This document shows, one piece after another, positions 1 to 9,625 of a stretch of 64,000 nt of DNA. Within the stretch, counting starts at the first letter, position 1, and every line of letters begins with the position of its first letter. The notes beneath the pieces were generated by a model. It saw only the letters and a list, made by a program, of their open reading frames with translations, ran no database searches and was not told the DNA's origin. The DNA is from Streptosporangiales bacterium (GTDB taxonomy: Bacteria; Actinomycetota; Actinomycetes; Streptosporangiales; WHST01): contig WHTA01000004.1 of NCBI GenBank assembly GCA_009379825.1, positions 92,683-156,682 of the forward strand, given 5' to 3'. A program made the position numbers and the translations under genes.

Positions 1-1137
1 CGCGTGCAGCACGGCAAGGGCGAGCGCGCGCAGCGCAACCCGGTGACCGGGGAGCTGGTCGCCGGCCCGGCGACCATGACGGAGGAGGCGCTGGTCAGCA
101 ACCGCGCCGAGCCCGGCCACGACGTGCTGACCCGGCCGCTCGACGGCGAGTACTACCGCGAACGGTCACCGCACTACGAGCGGATCACCGTGCCGCTGCT
201 CTCGGCCGGCAACTGGGGCGGCCAGGGGCTGCACCCGCGCGGGAACATCGAGGGCTACCTGGCGGCGGCGTCCGAGCGGAAGTGGCTGGAGATGCACGGC
301 GACACGCACTTCTCGCCGTTCTACACCGACCGCGGTGTCGCCCTGCAGAAGCGGTTCTTCGGCCACTTCCTCAAGGGCGAGGACACCGGCTGGCAGCAGC
401 AGCCGCCGGTGGAGCTGCAGGTGCGCCATCCCGGGGAGAAGTTCGTGACCAGGGCGGAGCAGGAGTGGCCGCTTGCACGAACCCGCTGGACGAAGTACTA
501 CCTGCAGCCGGCCGAGCGCGGGCTGGCGACCGACCCGGCGGTCGAGGAGACCACGGTCAGCTATTCGGCGACGGATGCCGGCGTCACCTTCAGCACGCCA
601 CCGCTGGCCGAGGACACGGAGATCACCGGACCCGTCGCGGCGAGGCTGTACCTGTCGTCGGACACCACGAACGCCGATGTGTTCCTCGTCCTGCAGGTGT
701 TCGACCAGGCGAGCAACGAGGTGGTGTTCAACGGGTCCAACGACCCGCGCACACCGGTCGGCCTTGGCTGGCTGCGGGCCTCGCACCGCAAGCTCGACCC
801 GCAGCGGAGCCTGCCTTACCGGCCGTACCACTCGCACGACGAGGCGTGGCCGCTCACGCCGGGCGAGCCGGTGGAGCTCGACGTCGAGATCTGGCCGACC
901 TGCGTGGTGGTACCCGCCGGCTGCCGCGTCGCGCTGCTGGTGCGGGGCCAGGACTACGAGAACGAGGGAACCGTCGTGCCCAACGCCATGTACCCGCTGA
1001 AGGGCGTCGGGCCGTTCACGCACACCGACGAGCGCGACCGGCCAGCGGAGATCTTCGGCGGCACCAACACGCTGCACTTCGGCGCGGAGATGCGGCCGTA
1101 CCTGATGTTGCCGGTGATCCCGGACGCAGCCGGCTAG
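1..1137 (+). CDS. CocE/NonD family hydrolase (X-Pro dipeptidyl-peptidase-like), 5'-partial
   Basis: Frame is open from the window edge to TAG 1135-1137 (ORF track 4..1137). The translation (..PLLSAGNWGGQGLHPRGN.. and a C-terminal beta-sandwich-like region) matches my recollection of CocE/NonD C-terminal domains. The N-terminal catalytic part lies outside the window. Confidence 0.7.
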   Translation, partial: RVQHGKGERAQRNPVTGELVAGPATMTEEALVSNRAEPGHDVLTRPLDGEYYRERSPHYERITVPLLSAGNWGGQGLHPRGNIEGYLAAASERKWLEMHGDTHFSPFYTDRGVALQKRFFGHFLKGEDTGWQQQPPVELQVRHPGEKFVTRAEQEWPLARTRWTKYYLQPAERGLATDPAVEETTVSYSATDAGVTFSTPPLAEDTEITGPVAARLYLSSDTTNADVFLVLQVFDQASNEVVFNGSNDPRTPVGLGWLRASHRKLDPQRSLPYRPYHSHDEAWPLTPGEPVELDVEIWPTCVVVPAGCRVALLVRGQDYENEGTVVPNAMYPLKGVGPFTHTDERDRPAEIFGGTNTLHFGAEMRPYLMLPVIPDAAG

Positions 1138-1248
1138 GTGGCGCAGACATCGTCTCGCTATGGGAGCTACCGACCGGCCTGCTCTTGCGGGCGTCGCTGG
1201 AAGGATTCAGACTAGAACGAGACAGTGTTGCGATTTTACTCGTGAGGT

Positions 1249-1734
1249 GTGATGGCGGACGCCGCGATGGACGGATGGGCACGGACGGTGGGTACCAGCC
1301 GCACCATCCGGGTCAGCGCGCACGACATCGCCAGGTTCGCCGTCGCGATCGGGGCGCGCGACGAGGCGCACTTCGACCCCGCGGTCGCCAGGTCGCGTGG
1401 GTATCCCGACGTCGTCGCGCCCGAGCTGTTCTACGTCGCGCTACGCACGGGGGTGTTCAACCTGGTGCCGCAGGAGGAGCTGCACGAGGAGGGCACGCCG
1501 CGCGCCGACCTGCCGCCGATCGCGTTCGACCAGGCGATGGCCGGCGAGACGGCCGCCGACCTGCACCGGCGGTTCGTGGCCGGCGACGTGGTCGTCTGCA
1601 CCAGGTCGGTGGTGTCCACGGTCCGCAAGGAGGGCCGCAGTGGGCAGCTCACCTTCGTCTCGTTCCAGTACCGCTACGCCGACCTGGACGACGCGCCGTA
1701 CGTCGTCGAGCACTTCACCCGCATCTTCCGCTGA
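1249..1734 (+). CDS. MaoC-like dehydratase, N-terminal-type hotdog subunit
   Basis: ORF track 1249..1734, with GTG/ATG 1249/1252 after GAGG. Hotdog-fold-like sequence. A second hotdog ORF follows 11 nt later, the arrangement of heteromeric MaoC hydratases. Confidence 0.7.
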   Translation: MMADAAMDGWARTVGTSRTIRVSAHDIARFAVAIGARDEAHFDPAVARSRGYPDVVAPELFYVALRTGVFNLVPQEELHEEGTPRADLPPIAFDQAMAGETAADLHRRFVAGDVVVCTRSVVSTVRKEGRSGQLTFVSFQYRYADLDDAPYVVEHFTRIFR

Positions 1735-1745
1735 GAGGCAGTCCG

Positions 1746-2171
1746 ATGGAAGCGACCGACGTGCTGACCGACGGCCGGGTCCCTTCGGTGCGGCGCACGT
1801 ACCGCACCACGGAGCTGTTCCTCTTCAGCGCGGCGACCTGGAACCCGCACCGCGTGCACTACGACCAGAGCTACACCCGCTCCGTCGAGGGGCACGACGG
1901 GCTGCTGGTGCAGGGGCCGCTGCAGGCGGTGCATCTGTTCGAGGCGCTCGCCGGGGCACTGACGGAACGCGCGGAGCTGGTGTCGGTGCGGTACCGGCAC
2001 GTCGCGGCGCTGCCGGTCGACCAGCCGGTGGTCATCGACGGGCAGCTCGCCGAGCTGGACGAGGAGGCGGGCACCGCCACGGTCGAGATGTGGATGGCGC
2101 ACGGCTCCTCCGGTCAGCGGACGACGACCGGCACGGCGGTGGTGCGGGTACCACGAGACGAGGTGAGCTGA
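1746..2171 (+). CDS. MaoC-like (R)-specific enoyl-CoA hydratase, C-terminal-type hotdog subunit
   Basis: Last 141 codons of the 282..2171 frame, starting at ATG 1746. MaoC-like sequence (..FLFSAATWNPHRVHYD.., ..LLVQGPL..). The stop abuts the next start (TGAATG at 2169-2174). Confidence 0.7.
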   Translation: MEATDVLTDGRVPSVRRTYRTTELFLFSAATWNPHRVHYDQSYTRSVEGHDGLLVQGPLQAVHLFEALAGALTERAELVSVRYRHVAALPVDQPVVIDGQLAELDEEAGTATVEMWMAHGSSGQRTTTGTAVVRVPRDEVS

Positions 2172-3041
2172 ATGGAAGCCGTCCGCTCGATGTTGTTCAC
2201 GCCGGGCAACCGTCCCGACCTGGTGGCGAAGGCGATGCGCTCGGGCACCGACGCCGTCATCGTGGACCTGGAGGACGCGGCGCCGGTCGCGTCGAAGCAG
2301 CAGGCACGGGACGCTCTCGCCGAGCTGGACATCGGCGAGGTGCCGGTGTTCGTGCGCGTGAACGGCGGCGACACCGACTTCCTCTGGCCGGACGTCGCCG
2401 CCGCCGGGCGGGCCGACATCGCCGGCATCGTGCTGCCGAAGGCCGACGACCCGGAGCTGTTGCGGCGCATGGACGGCGCGCTCACCGTGCTCGAGCTGGA
2501 GTGCGGTCGCGAGGTGGGCTCCACGGCACTGCTGCCGCTGCTCGAGAGCGGCCTGGGCATCGTGCGGATCAACGAGCTGCTCACCAGCTCGCCGCGGGTC
2601 GAGTCGGTGCTGTTCGGCTCGGGTGAAGAGGGCGACCTGGTGGTCGACCTCGGATGCGAGTGGACGCCGGAGGGCACCGGGCTGCTCACCGCACGCTCGC
2701 TGGTGCTGCTCGCCGCCAGGGCGGCCGGCATCGAGCAGCCGCTTGACGCCGTGTTCATGGACTACCGCAACCTCGACGCGCTGCGTACGGAGTGCGAGCT
2801 GGCCAAGCGGGTCGGCTACGTCGGCAAGGTGGCCATTCACCCGGCGCAGGTGCCGGTCATCCACGACGTGTTCACGCCGACCGACGAGGAGGTGGTGTAC
2901 CAGCGCGACCTGCTGGAGAAGTTCGAGGCGGCGCTGGCCGAAGGGTCCGCGTCGATCGGGGTGAACGGGCGGATGGTCGACTACGCCGTCGCCAGGCGGG
3001 CCAGGCAGATCCTCGCTCGCGCAGCCGCGGCGCGACGGTGA
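2172..3041 (+). CDS. HpcH/HpaI aldolase / citrate lyase beta (CitE)-like acyl-CoA lyase
   Basis: ORF track 2172..3041. The motifs ..RSMLFTPGNRPD.. and ..VIVDLEDA.. are characteristic of CitE-type citryl/malyl/citramalyl-CoA lyases. Confidence 0.8.
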   Translation: MEAVRSMLFTPGNRPDLVAKAMRSGTDAVIVDLEDAAPVASKQQARDALAELDIGEVPVFVRVNGGDTDFLWPDVAAAGRADIAGIVLPKADDPELLRRMDGALTVLELECGREVGSTALLPLLESGLGIVRINELLTSSPRVESVLFGSGEEGDLVVDLGCEWTPEGTGLLTARSLVLLAARAAGIEQPLDAVFMDYRNLDALRTECELAKRVGYVGKVAIHPAQVPVIHDVFTPTDEEVVYQRDLLEKFEAALAEGSASIGVNGRMVDYAVARRARQILARAAAARR

Positions 3042-3055
3042 CGGGGAGGTGTGAG

Positions 3056-4153
3056 ATGAGCAGGAGCCGGCAGATCACCGAAGGGGTAGGTGTCGCGGTC
3101 ATCGGCTGCGGCACCATCGGGCGATTGCGCGCGCAGATCGCGCACCGGCACCCGAGCGTCGGTTACCTCGCCGTCTGCGACGTGGACGAGGCGAAGGCCA
3201 AGCCACTCGCCGACGACTGCGCCGCCGACGCCTGGAGCACGGACGCGTCGCGGTTGGTCGAACACGACGCGATCGACCTCGTCATCGTCGCGACCACGGA
3301 GGACGCGCACTTCCTGCCGGCGAGCGCCGCGATCGAGGCTGGCCACCAGGTGCTGGTGGAGAAGCCGCTGACCATCCGCCCGGAGGAAGGCGACAAGCTC
3401 ATCCACGCCGCGCACGATCGCGGGGTGGCGCTCTACACCGGTTTCACGCAACGGTTCAGGCGCCGCTACCTGGCCATGAAGGAGCACGTCGACGCCGGCT
3501 ACCTGGGCGAGCTGACCAGCGTGAAGTCGACCATCTACCTCACCCGGGCCGTGGCGAAGGCGGTGATCTCGCGGGCCGGCAGCACGACACCGGCGATCAA
3601 CACGCTCACCTACTGCATCGACCTGCTGCTGTGGTGTATGCCCGACCGCAGCGCCGGCACCGTGTATGCGCAAGGCGGCCGTGGCCGGATCCACGACAGG
3701 TACGACACCCCGGACTCCACCTGGAGTGTGCTCAGCTTCGACGACGGGCCGGTGGTCAACCTCGGCGTCAGCTGGGAGCTGCCGGAGTACTGGCCGGCGT
3801 ACGTCGCCAGCATGGAGTTCGAGCTGTTCGGCCGCGACGGTGTGCTGTCCATCAAGGACGACCACCGCGACGTGCTGCTCGCGTCCGACCGGGCTGTGCC
3901 TTCGCCGTACACACCTGACGTCAGTATGCCGGTGGCCATGCTCGGGTCCGCGATGCCGGGTGACTGGGCGCTCGGTGAGTACTTCGGGGCCATGAAGGAC
4001 GAGACGCACGCCCTCATCGAAAGCACCGGCACCGGCCGGGTCGACCCGATCCTCGCGACCGGGCAGCAGGGCCAGGAGGTGCTGCTGGTCTCGCGGGCGA
4101 TCGACGAGTCCGTACGTACCGGCGAGCTGGTGCCGCTGCGTTGGTCGGCGTAG
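3056..4153 (+). CDS. Gfo/Idh/MocA family NAD(P)-dependent oxidoreductase
   Basis: ATG 3056 inside the 2792..4153 frame, after GGGGAGG. Rossmann motif VAVIGCGTIG and the VLVEKPL motif are present. Confidence 0.8.
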   Translation: MSRSRQITEGVGVAVIGCGTIGRLRAQIAHRHPSVGYLAVCDVDEAKAKPLADDCAADAWSTDASRLVEHDAIDLVIVATTEDAHFLPASAAIEAGHQVLVEKPLTIRPEEGDKLIHAAHDRGVALYTGFTQRFRRRYLAMKEHVDAGYLGELTSVKSTIYLTRAVAKAVISRAGSTTPAINTLTYCIDLLLWCMPDRSAGTVYAQGGRGRIHDRYDTPDSTWSVLSFDDGPVVNLGVSWELPEYWPAYVASMEFELFGRDGVLSIKDDHRDVLLASDRAVPSPYTPDVSMPVAMLGSAMPGDWALGEYFGAMKDETHALIESTGTGRVDPILATGQQGQEVLLVSRAIDESVRTGELVPLRWSA

Positions 4154-4157
4154 CGCC

Positions 4158-5393
4158 ATGGCCACGACGACGAACGGAATGCTCGACGGCATCACCGTGC
4201 TCGAGCTCGGCCAGGTCATCGCCGGCACGTACGGCGGCGTGATCCTCGCCGACCTCGGCGCCGAGGTGATAAAGATCGAGCCGCTGACCGGCGACGCGAA
4301 CCGCAACCCGGGGATCGCGCCGCTGCACGGGGAGAGCGCGATCCACCTGTTCATGAACAGGAACAAGAAGAGTGTGGCGCTCGATCTGAAGAGCCCGGAG
4401 GGACGGGAGCTCTTCTACCGCCTCGTCGACCAGGCGGACGCGGTGATCGACAACTTCCGGCCCGGCGTGATGGCCAGGCTCGGCATCGACCACGCCTCCC
4501 TGCAAGCGCGGAACCCGGACCTCGTCACGGCGTCGGTCACCGGCTTCGGCGAGTACGGGCCGGCCAGGGACCGACCCGCGTTCGACCTGGTGATCCAGGC
4601 GTTCGCCGGACACCTGCACGTCACCGGCGAGCCTGGCGGTCCGCCGTCGCGGGCGGGGATACCGCTCGCGGACATCGCCGGCGGCCTGTTCGCGTGCATC
4701 TCCGTGCTCGGCGCGCTGTGCGGGCGGCAGCTGCACAGCAGGGGCGAGCACGCCGACGTCGGCATGCTCGACTCGCTGGTGTCGATGCTGTCGTACGACG
4801 CGCTCGACCACCTGAACAGCGGCCGGTCGGTCCACCGGCAGGGCACGGCACACGCGCACATGGTGCCGTGGCAGGCGTTCTCGGTACGCGACGGCTACAT
4901 CGTCATCGCCGCGCGCGAGGACAAGTTCTGGCAGCGGCTGTGCGACGCCATCGACCGTCCGGACCTCAAGGACGACGAGCGCACGGCGGTGAACAGCGCG
5001 CGTGTCGCCAACCGGGAGTTCGTCACCGACGTGCTGGACAAGACGTTCGCCACCCGCACGAAGGACGAGTGGATGCGGCTGCTCGACGCGTACGACATCC
5101 CGGCGGCGCCGGTGAACGACTTCGACGGGGTGTTCAACGACCCGCAGGTCGTCAGCCGCGGCCTTGTACGGACCTACGAGCACGCGACGCTCGGCCCGTT
5201 GCGCTACCCGGCGAGCCCGATGCAGTACCAGGATTGGCAGTTCCCCAACGCGCCCGCGCCCGTGCTCGGCCAGCACACCGCAGAGGTCCTGCGCGACCGG
5301 CTGGGTCTGGACGCGCCTGCGGTGGCGGACCTCGTGGCGCGCGGCGTCGTGACGGCCTGGGAGCCGCCGGGGACGGAAGGAGGGCAACCGTGA
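4158..5393 (+). CDS. CaiB/BaiF family III CoA-transferase
   Basis: ORF track 4158..5393. The sequence ..GITVLELGQVIAGTYGGVILADLGAEVIKIE.. is the canonical N-terminus of type III CoA-transferases. Confidence 0.85.
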   Translation: MATTTNGMLDGITVLELGQVIAGTYGGVILADLGAEVIKIEPLTGDANRNPGIAPLHGESAIHLFMNRNKKSVALDLKSPEGRELFYRLVDQADAVIDNFRPGVMARLGIDHASLQARNPDLVTASVTGFGEYGPARDRPAFDLVIQAFAGHLHVTGEPGGPPSRAGIPLADIAGGLFACISVLGALCGRQLHSRGEHADVGMLDSLVSMLSYDALDHLNSGRSVHRQGTAHAHMVPWQAFSVRDGYIVIAAREDKFWQRLCDAIDRPDLKDDERTAVNSARVANREFVTDVLDKTFATRTKDEWMRLLDAYDIPAAPVNDFDGVFNDPQVVSRGLVRTYEHATLGPLRYPASPMQYQDWQFPNAPAPVLGQHTAEVLRDRLGLDAPAVADLVARGVVTAWEPPGTEGGQP

Positions 5394-6259
5394 CGGCGGC
5401 AACGCACGCGGCCCGGCTGCGCGAGCTGATCGCTGCGCCGGAGACACTCGTCGCACCCGGCGCACAGGACGCGTTGAGTGCCCTGCTGGTAGAGCGCGCG
5501 GGTTTCGACGCGGTGTTCGTCGGTGACTACAACGCATCCGCGGTGCTGCTCGGCCGTCCCGACTACGGCCTGGTGACCACACCGGAGATGGTGCGGCTCG
5601 TCGACATCATCACCGCGACCGTCGGCACACCGCTGATCGCGGACGCCGGGTGCGGGTTCGGCAACGCGCTCAACGTGACGCGTGCCGTCGAGATGTACGA
5701 ACGGGCAGGCGCCGCCGCCATCACCATCGAGGACCAGGTGTTCCCGAAGCGCTGCGGGCACATGGAGGACAAGCAGGTCGTGCCCGTCGAGGAGATGGCG
5801 AAGAAGATCGAGGCCGCCGTGCGGGCCCGCCGCGACCCGGACTTCGTCGTCGTCGCGCGTACCGACTCCATCTACACCGGCGGCATGGCCGAGGCGGTCG
5901 CGCGCGGCAAGGTGTTCGCGGAGGCGGGCGCCGACGTCTTCTGGGCGGACGCGGTGCCGACGCTCGACGACCTCGCCAGGCTGGTGCGGGAGGTGCCGTT
6001 GCCCGTACAGGTCGCGATGATCGAGGGCGGCAAGACACCGCACAGCACCACCGCGCAGCTGCAGGAGATCGGGGTGGCCATCGAGCTGTGCGGGCTGACC
6101 ACGCTGTACGCGGCGGCGGGCGGCATGGCGGCCGCACTCTCGGCATTGCGCAGGGACGGCATCACCCGGGCAACGCTCGACCAGATGATCACGTTCGACG
6201 AGTTCAACCGGCTGGTCGGCCTGCCGGAGATGCAGCGCCTGGAACGCGAGCTCGGATGA
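5390..6259 (+). CDS. Isocitrate lyase/PEP mutase superfamily enzyme (2-methylisocitrate lyase-like)
   Basis: GTG 5390 in the 4694..6259 frame, overlapping the upstream stop (GTGA). Superfamily motifs ..DAGCGFGNALNV.., ..ITIEDQVFPKRCGH.. and ..ARTDS.. are present. Confidence 0.8.
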   Translation: MTAATHAARLRELIAAPETLVAPGAQDALSALLVERAGFDAVFVGDYNASAVLLGRPDYGLVTTPEMVRLVDIITATVGTPLIADAGCGFGNALNVTRAVEMYERAGAAAITIEDQVFPKRCGHMEDKQVVPVEEMAKKIEAAVRARRDPDFVVVARTDSIYTGGMAEAVARGKVFAEAGADVFWADAVPTLDDLARLVREVPLPVQVAMIEGGKTPHSTTAQLQEIGVAIELCGLTTLYAAAGGMAAALSALRRDGITRATLDQMITFDEFNRLVGLPEMQRLERELG

Positions 6260-6369
6260 CAGTGCTTCCCGCGGACCGCCGCCGCTGTGCTCCTCGCTCA
6301 GGCGCGGTGAGCGCGTGCGTCCAGGTGTCCGTTCTCGCTGCGATGCGCGCTTTGGCGGCCGGCTCATGA
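6256..6369 (+). other. 37-codon upstream ORF created by a duplicated copy of the acyl-CoA synthetase gene start
   Basis: ATG 6256 overlaps the upstream stop (ATGA). Its first ~29 nt (MTVLPADRRR) repeat the start of the gene at 6366 with one mismatch. Its TGA (6367-6369) overlaps ATG 6366. Confidence 0.4.
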
Positions 6370-8462
6370 CAGTGCTTCCCGCCGACCGCCGCCGTGCGTC
6401 TGGGAGCGCGGGCGCGTGGCGTGCCCTGCTGTCGCCGCGCAGGGTCGCGATCGTCGGGTTGTCCAGCGCTGAGGAGAAGCACGGCGCGCGGGTGCTGCGG
6501 CACCTGCGTGCGTCCGGGTTCCGCGGTGACGTCTCGGGCGTCAACCCGCGGGGCGTCGCCGTCGACGGGGTGCCGGTGGTGCCGACGCTCGCCGCGCTGC
6601 CCGGTGTGCCCGACGTCCTGGTGTGTGCGATCCCCGCGGCCGGGGTGTGCCAGGTGGTCGCGGACGCCGGTGCACTCGGTGTGCCTGCGGTCATCGTGTT
6701 CAGCGGCGGGTTCGCCGAAGCCGGTGCGGCCGGGCGCCAGGCCCAGGACGAGCTCGCCCGGGTCGCGCGGGCGAGCGGGGTGCGCGTGCTCGGGCCGAAC
6801 TCCGGCGGTGTCGTGCACCCGGAGGGCCGGTGCGCGCTGAGCTTTCTCACCTGCCTCGACCGGCCGCCGCACGAGGTGCGGACCGGCCCGGTCGGCGTGG
6901 TGACGCAGAGCGGCGGCACCGGGAGCTACCTGCACAACCTGGCGGCCGAGCGCGGCAGCGGGTTGGCGGCGTCGATCTCCACCGGCAACGAGGCCGATCT
7001 CACCGTGGCCGACGGCATCGTCGCGCTCGCCGATCAACCCGCGGTGCGGGTCGTCGCCGTCGTGCTCGAGACCGTACGCGAGGGGCGCGCGTTCGTGGAC
7101 GCCGTCAGGTACGCGCACGCAGGCGGCAAGCCGGTCGTCGCCTGCCGGCTGGGTACGAGCGAGACCGGCCAGCGTCTCGCGCGCGGGCACACGGGTGCGC
7201 TCGCGTCCGCGTCGCGGGTGGTCGACGGGGTGTGCGACGCGCTGGGGATCGTCCGTACGAGCACCCCGGGTGAGCTGCTCGACGTCGCCGAGCTGATGGC
7301 GTACAGCCGGGTACCCACCGGCGACCGGGTGGGTGTGGTCACCCACTCCGGCGGTACGGCGATCCTGCTCGCCGACCTGCTCACCGGCGAGGGGCTACGG
7401 CTGCTGCCACCGCCACAGGAGCTCGCCATCGACGTGGCCGCGTTCGTCGAACACGGCAGCCCGACCAACCCGCTCGATCTCGGCGCCATCGTCGGCGGGC
7501 CGCACCGGTTCGCCGAGGTGGTGCGCGGGTTCGCCGGCAGCGGTGCGTACGACGTGGTGCTCGCGGTGAGCACGCCGCATCCCCCGGCGCACTCGGTGGC
7601 CCGCGCCGAGCAGCTGATCCGGCTGCGCAACGGTGCCGGTCCGCCGGTCCTGCAGCTGTGGCTGGCCGGCGATCTCGGCGCGCCGGCACTGCGGCTGTTG
7701 CGCCAGCACGCGATGCCCGTGACGGAGGAGCCGCGGGCGGCGGCCCGCGCGCTCGCCGGGCTGCTCAGGTTCGCCGCGGCCGGCCGCGAGACCGAGCCGG
7801 TCCCCGACCCGCCAGGCGCACCCATCGACGGCGGGTCGCTCACCGAGCACCGGGTCAAGGACCTGCTGCGGGAGTGGCAGCTGCCCGTCGTGACAGGAGC
7901 GCTGGCGCTGGACGCGGACGAGGCGCGTACCGTCGCGGCGGGGATCGGGCTCCCCGTGGTGGTGAAGGTCAGCTCGCCGGACGTCCTGCACAAGGCCGAC
8001 GCCGGCGGCGTGCGCGTGGACCTGCGTACGGTCGACGAGGTCGGCCGCGCCCACGACGACGTACGCCGCGCGGTGCCAGGGGCGCGGGTCGACGGAGTGC
8101 TCGTCGAGCAGCACCGGCCCGGCCTCGAGGTGATCGTCGGCTGCCTGGTCGACGACGCCTTCGGCCCGGTGGTGATGGTCGGTCTCGGCGGGGTGGACGC
8201 GGAAGCCGTTGCGGACGTGGCGTTCGCGCCCGCGCCGCTGTCCGACGTCCGTGCCCACCGGTTGCTGCGCGGCTTCCCCGCCCTTGCGAACAGCCGCCGC
8301 GTACCGCCGCCGGACGTCGACGCGCTCGCGCGGCTGGTCGCCCTGCTGAGCCGGAAGTTCGTCGCGCACCCGGAGCTCGTCGAGCTCGAGGTGAACCCGT
8401 TGACGTGGTCGGAGCACGGCTGGCTGGTCGTCGACGCCCTCGCCCGCAAGAAGACGGAGTGA
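6366..8462 (+). CDS. NDP-forming acyl-CoA synthetase (CoA-binding, ligase-CoA and ATP-grasp domains)
   Basis: ATG 6366 in ORF 6315..8462. Motifs seen: ..RRVAIVGLS.., ..VIVFSGGFAEAG.., ..RVLGPNSGGV.., His-loop ..RGHTGALAS.. and a C-terminal ATP-grasp (..LPVVVKVSSPDVLHKADAGGV..). Confidence 0.85.
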   Translation: MTVLPADRRRASGSAGAWRALLSPRRVAIVGLSSAEEKHGARVLRHLRASGFRGDVSGVNPRGVAVDGVPVVPTLAALPGVPDVLVCAIPAAGVCQVVADAGALGVPAVIVFSGGFAEAGAAGRQAQDELARVARASGVRVLGPNSGGVVHPEGRCALSFLTCLDRPPHEVRTGPVGVVTQSGGTGSYLHNLAAERGSGLAASISTGNEADLTVADGIVALADQPAVRVVAVVLETVREGRAFVDAVRYAHAGGKPVVACRLGTSETGQRLARGHTGALASASRVVDGVCDALGIVRTSTPGELLDVAELMAYSRVPTGDRVGVVTHSGGTAILLADLLTGEGLRLLPPPQELAIDVAAFVEHGSPTNPLDLGAIVGGPHRFAEVVRGFAGSGAYDVVLAVSTPHPPAHSVARAEQLIRLRNGAGPPVLQLWLAGDLGAPALRLLRQHAMPVTEEPRAAARALAGLLRFAAAGRETEPVPDPPGAPIDGGSLTEHRVKDLLREWQLPVVTGALALDADEARTVAAGIGLPVVVKVSSPDVLHKADAGGVRVDLRTVDEVGRAHDDVRRAVPGARVDGVLVEQHRPGLEVIVGCLVDDAFGPVVMVGLGGVDAEAVADVAFAPAPLSDVRAHRLLRGFPALANSRRVPPPDVDALARLVALLSRKFVAHPELVELEVNPLTWSEHGWLVVDALARKKTE

Positions 8463-8466
8463 TGAC

Positions 8467-9618
8467 ATGTCCGAGGTGATGACAGAACCCGTTGCCGAGC
8501 ACGACATGCTGCGCCAGACGGTGCGCGACATGTTCGCGAAGCGGTACGACCGCGAGTACGTGCGGGAGTGCGACCGGGAGCATCGCGCGCCGACGGAGGC
8601 GTTCGCCGAGCTCGGCCGGCTCGGCTATCTCGGTGTGAACATCGACCCGGCGTACGGCGGCGGTGGTGGTGACACGAAGGCCGCGGCCGTGCTGCTCGAG
8701 GAGCTCGGCTACGGCTTCCTCGACCTCGCGTTCTGGGTGTTCCGGGCTATCGGTCACGGCGGTCACGCGATCCAGAGCCACGGCACGGACGAGCAGAAGC
8801 AGCGGTTCCTCCCCGCGATCGCGGACGGCCGGCTGTCGGTCTGCTTCGCGCTGACCGAACCGGACTCCGGGTCAGACGCGGCCGCGATCACCACGTCTGC
8901 CTCCGGCACCGACGCCGGCTATCGGGTCAACGGCGGCAAGATCTTCTGCTCCGGTTTCAAGGTGTCCGACTACGTCCTGACGGTCGCGAGGTCGAGCACC
9001 GGCGAGCGCAAGCACGAGGGCATCACGCTGCTACTGGTGCCGACGGACAGTGCCGGTTTGACCGCAAGGCCGCTCGACACCCTCGGCCACTGGCCGCTCG
9101 GCACCACCGTGCTGCACTTCGACGACGTGGAGGTGCCGGCGGAGAACCGGCTCGGCCCGCAGGACCGCGGCTGGCCGGTGCTGATGGACGTGCTGGAGTT
9201 CGAGCGGCTCTGCCTGTCGGCGGCACGTGCCGGCGCGGCCAGGGCGGCGCTCGACGACGCGCTGGCGTACGCGAAGCAGCGGCAACAGTTCGGCCAGCCG
9301 ATCGGGAAGTACCAGGCGGTCAGTCACAAGCTGGCCGAGATGCAGCTGCTCGTGGACATCTCGCGGATGCTGGTGAACCGCTACGCGGGCCTGCTCGACA
9401 CCGGCGACAACACCATCCGCGACGCCGCCGAGCTCAAGCTCTACGTCAGCGAGGCGTACAAGTCGGTGGCCGACATGGGACTGCAGATCCTCGGCGGGTA
9501 CGGGTACACGATGGAGTACGACCTGCAACGCCACCTGCGCGACTCACGGCTGGGCACGATCGGCGCGGGCACGTCGGAGATCCAGCGCAACATCATCGCG
9601 AAGACGATGGGCCTGTAA
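8467..9618 (+). CDS. acyl-CoA dehydrogenase
   Basis: ORF track 8467..9618. ACAD length and motifs (..FALTEPDSGSDA.., C-terminal ..GAGTSEIQRNIIAK..). Confidence 0.9.
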   Translation: MSEVMTEPVAEHDMLRQTVRDMFAKRYDREYVRECDREHRAPTEAFAELGRLGYLGVNIDPAYGGGGGDTKAAAVLLEELGYGFLDLAFWVFRAIGHGGHAIQSHGTDEQKQRFLPAIADGRLSVCFALTEPDSGSDAAAITTSASGTDAGYRVNGGKIFCSGFKVSDYVLTVARSSTGERKHEGITLLLVPTDSAGLTARPLDTLGHWPLGTTVLHFDDVEVPAENRLGPQDRGWPVLMDVLEFERLCLSAARAGAARAALDDALAYAKQRQQFGQPIGKYQAVSHKLAEMQLLVDISRMLVNRYAGLLDTGDNTIRDAAELKLYVSEAYKSVADMGLQILGGYGYTMEYDLQRHLRDSRLGTIGAGTSEIQRNIIAKTMGL

Positions 9619-9625
9619 CGCCGCC

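Noticed and set aside
1138-1248. AT-richer stretch (..GATTCAGACTAGAACGAGACAGTGTTGCGATTTTACTCGTGAGG..) upstream of the acyl-CoA cluster as an operator.
   Set aside because: Only a weak ACGAG..CTCGT inverted repeat is present. No cognate regulator lies in the window. It is likely a promoter but no specific site can be supported.
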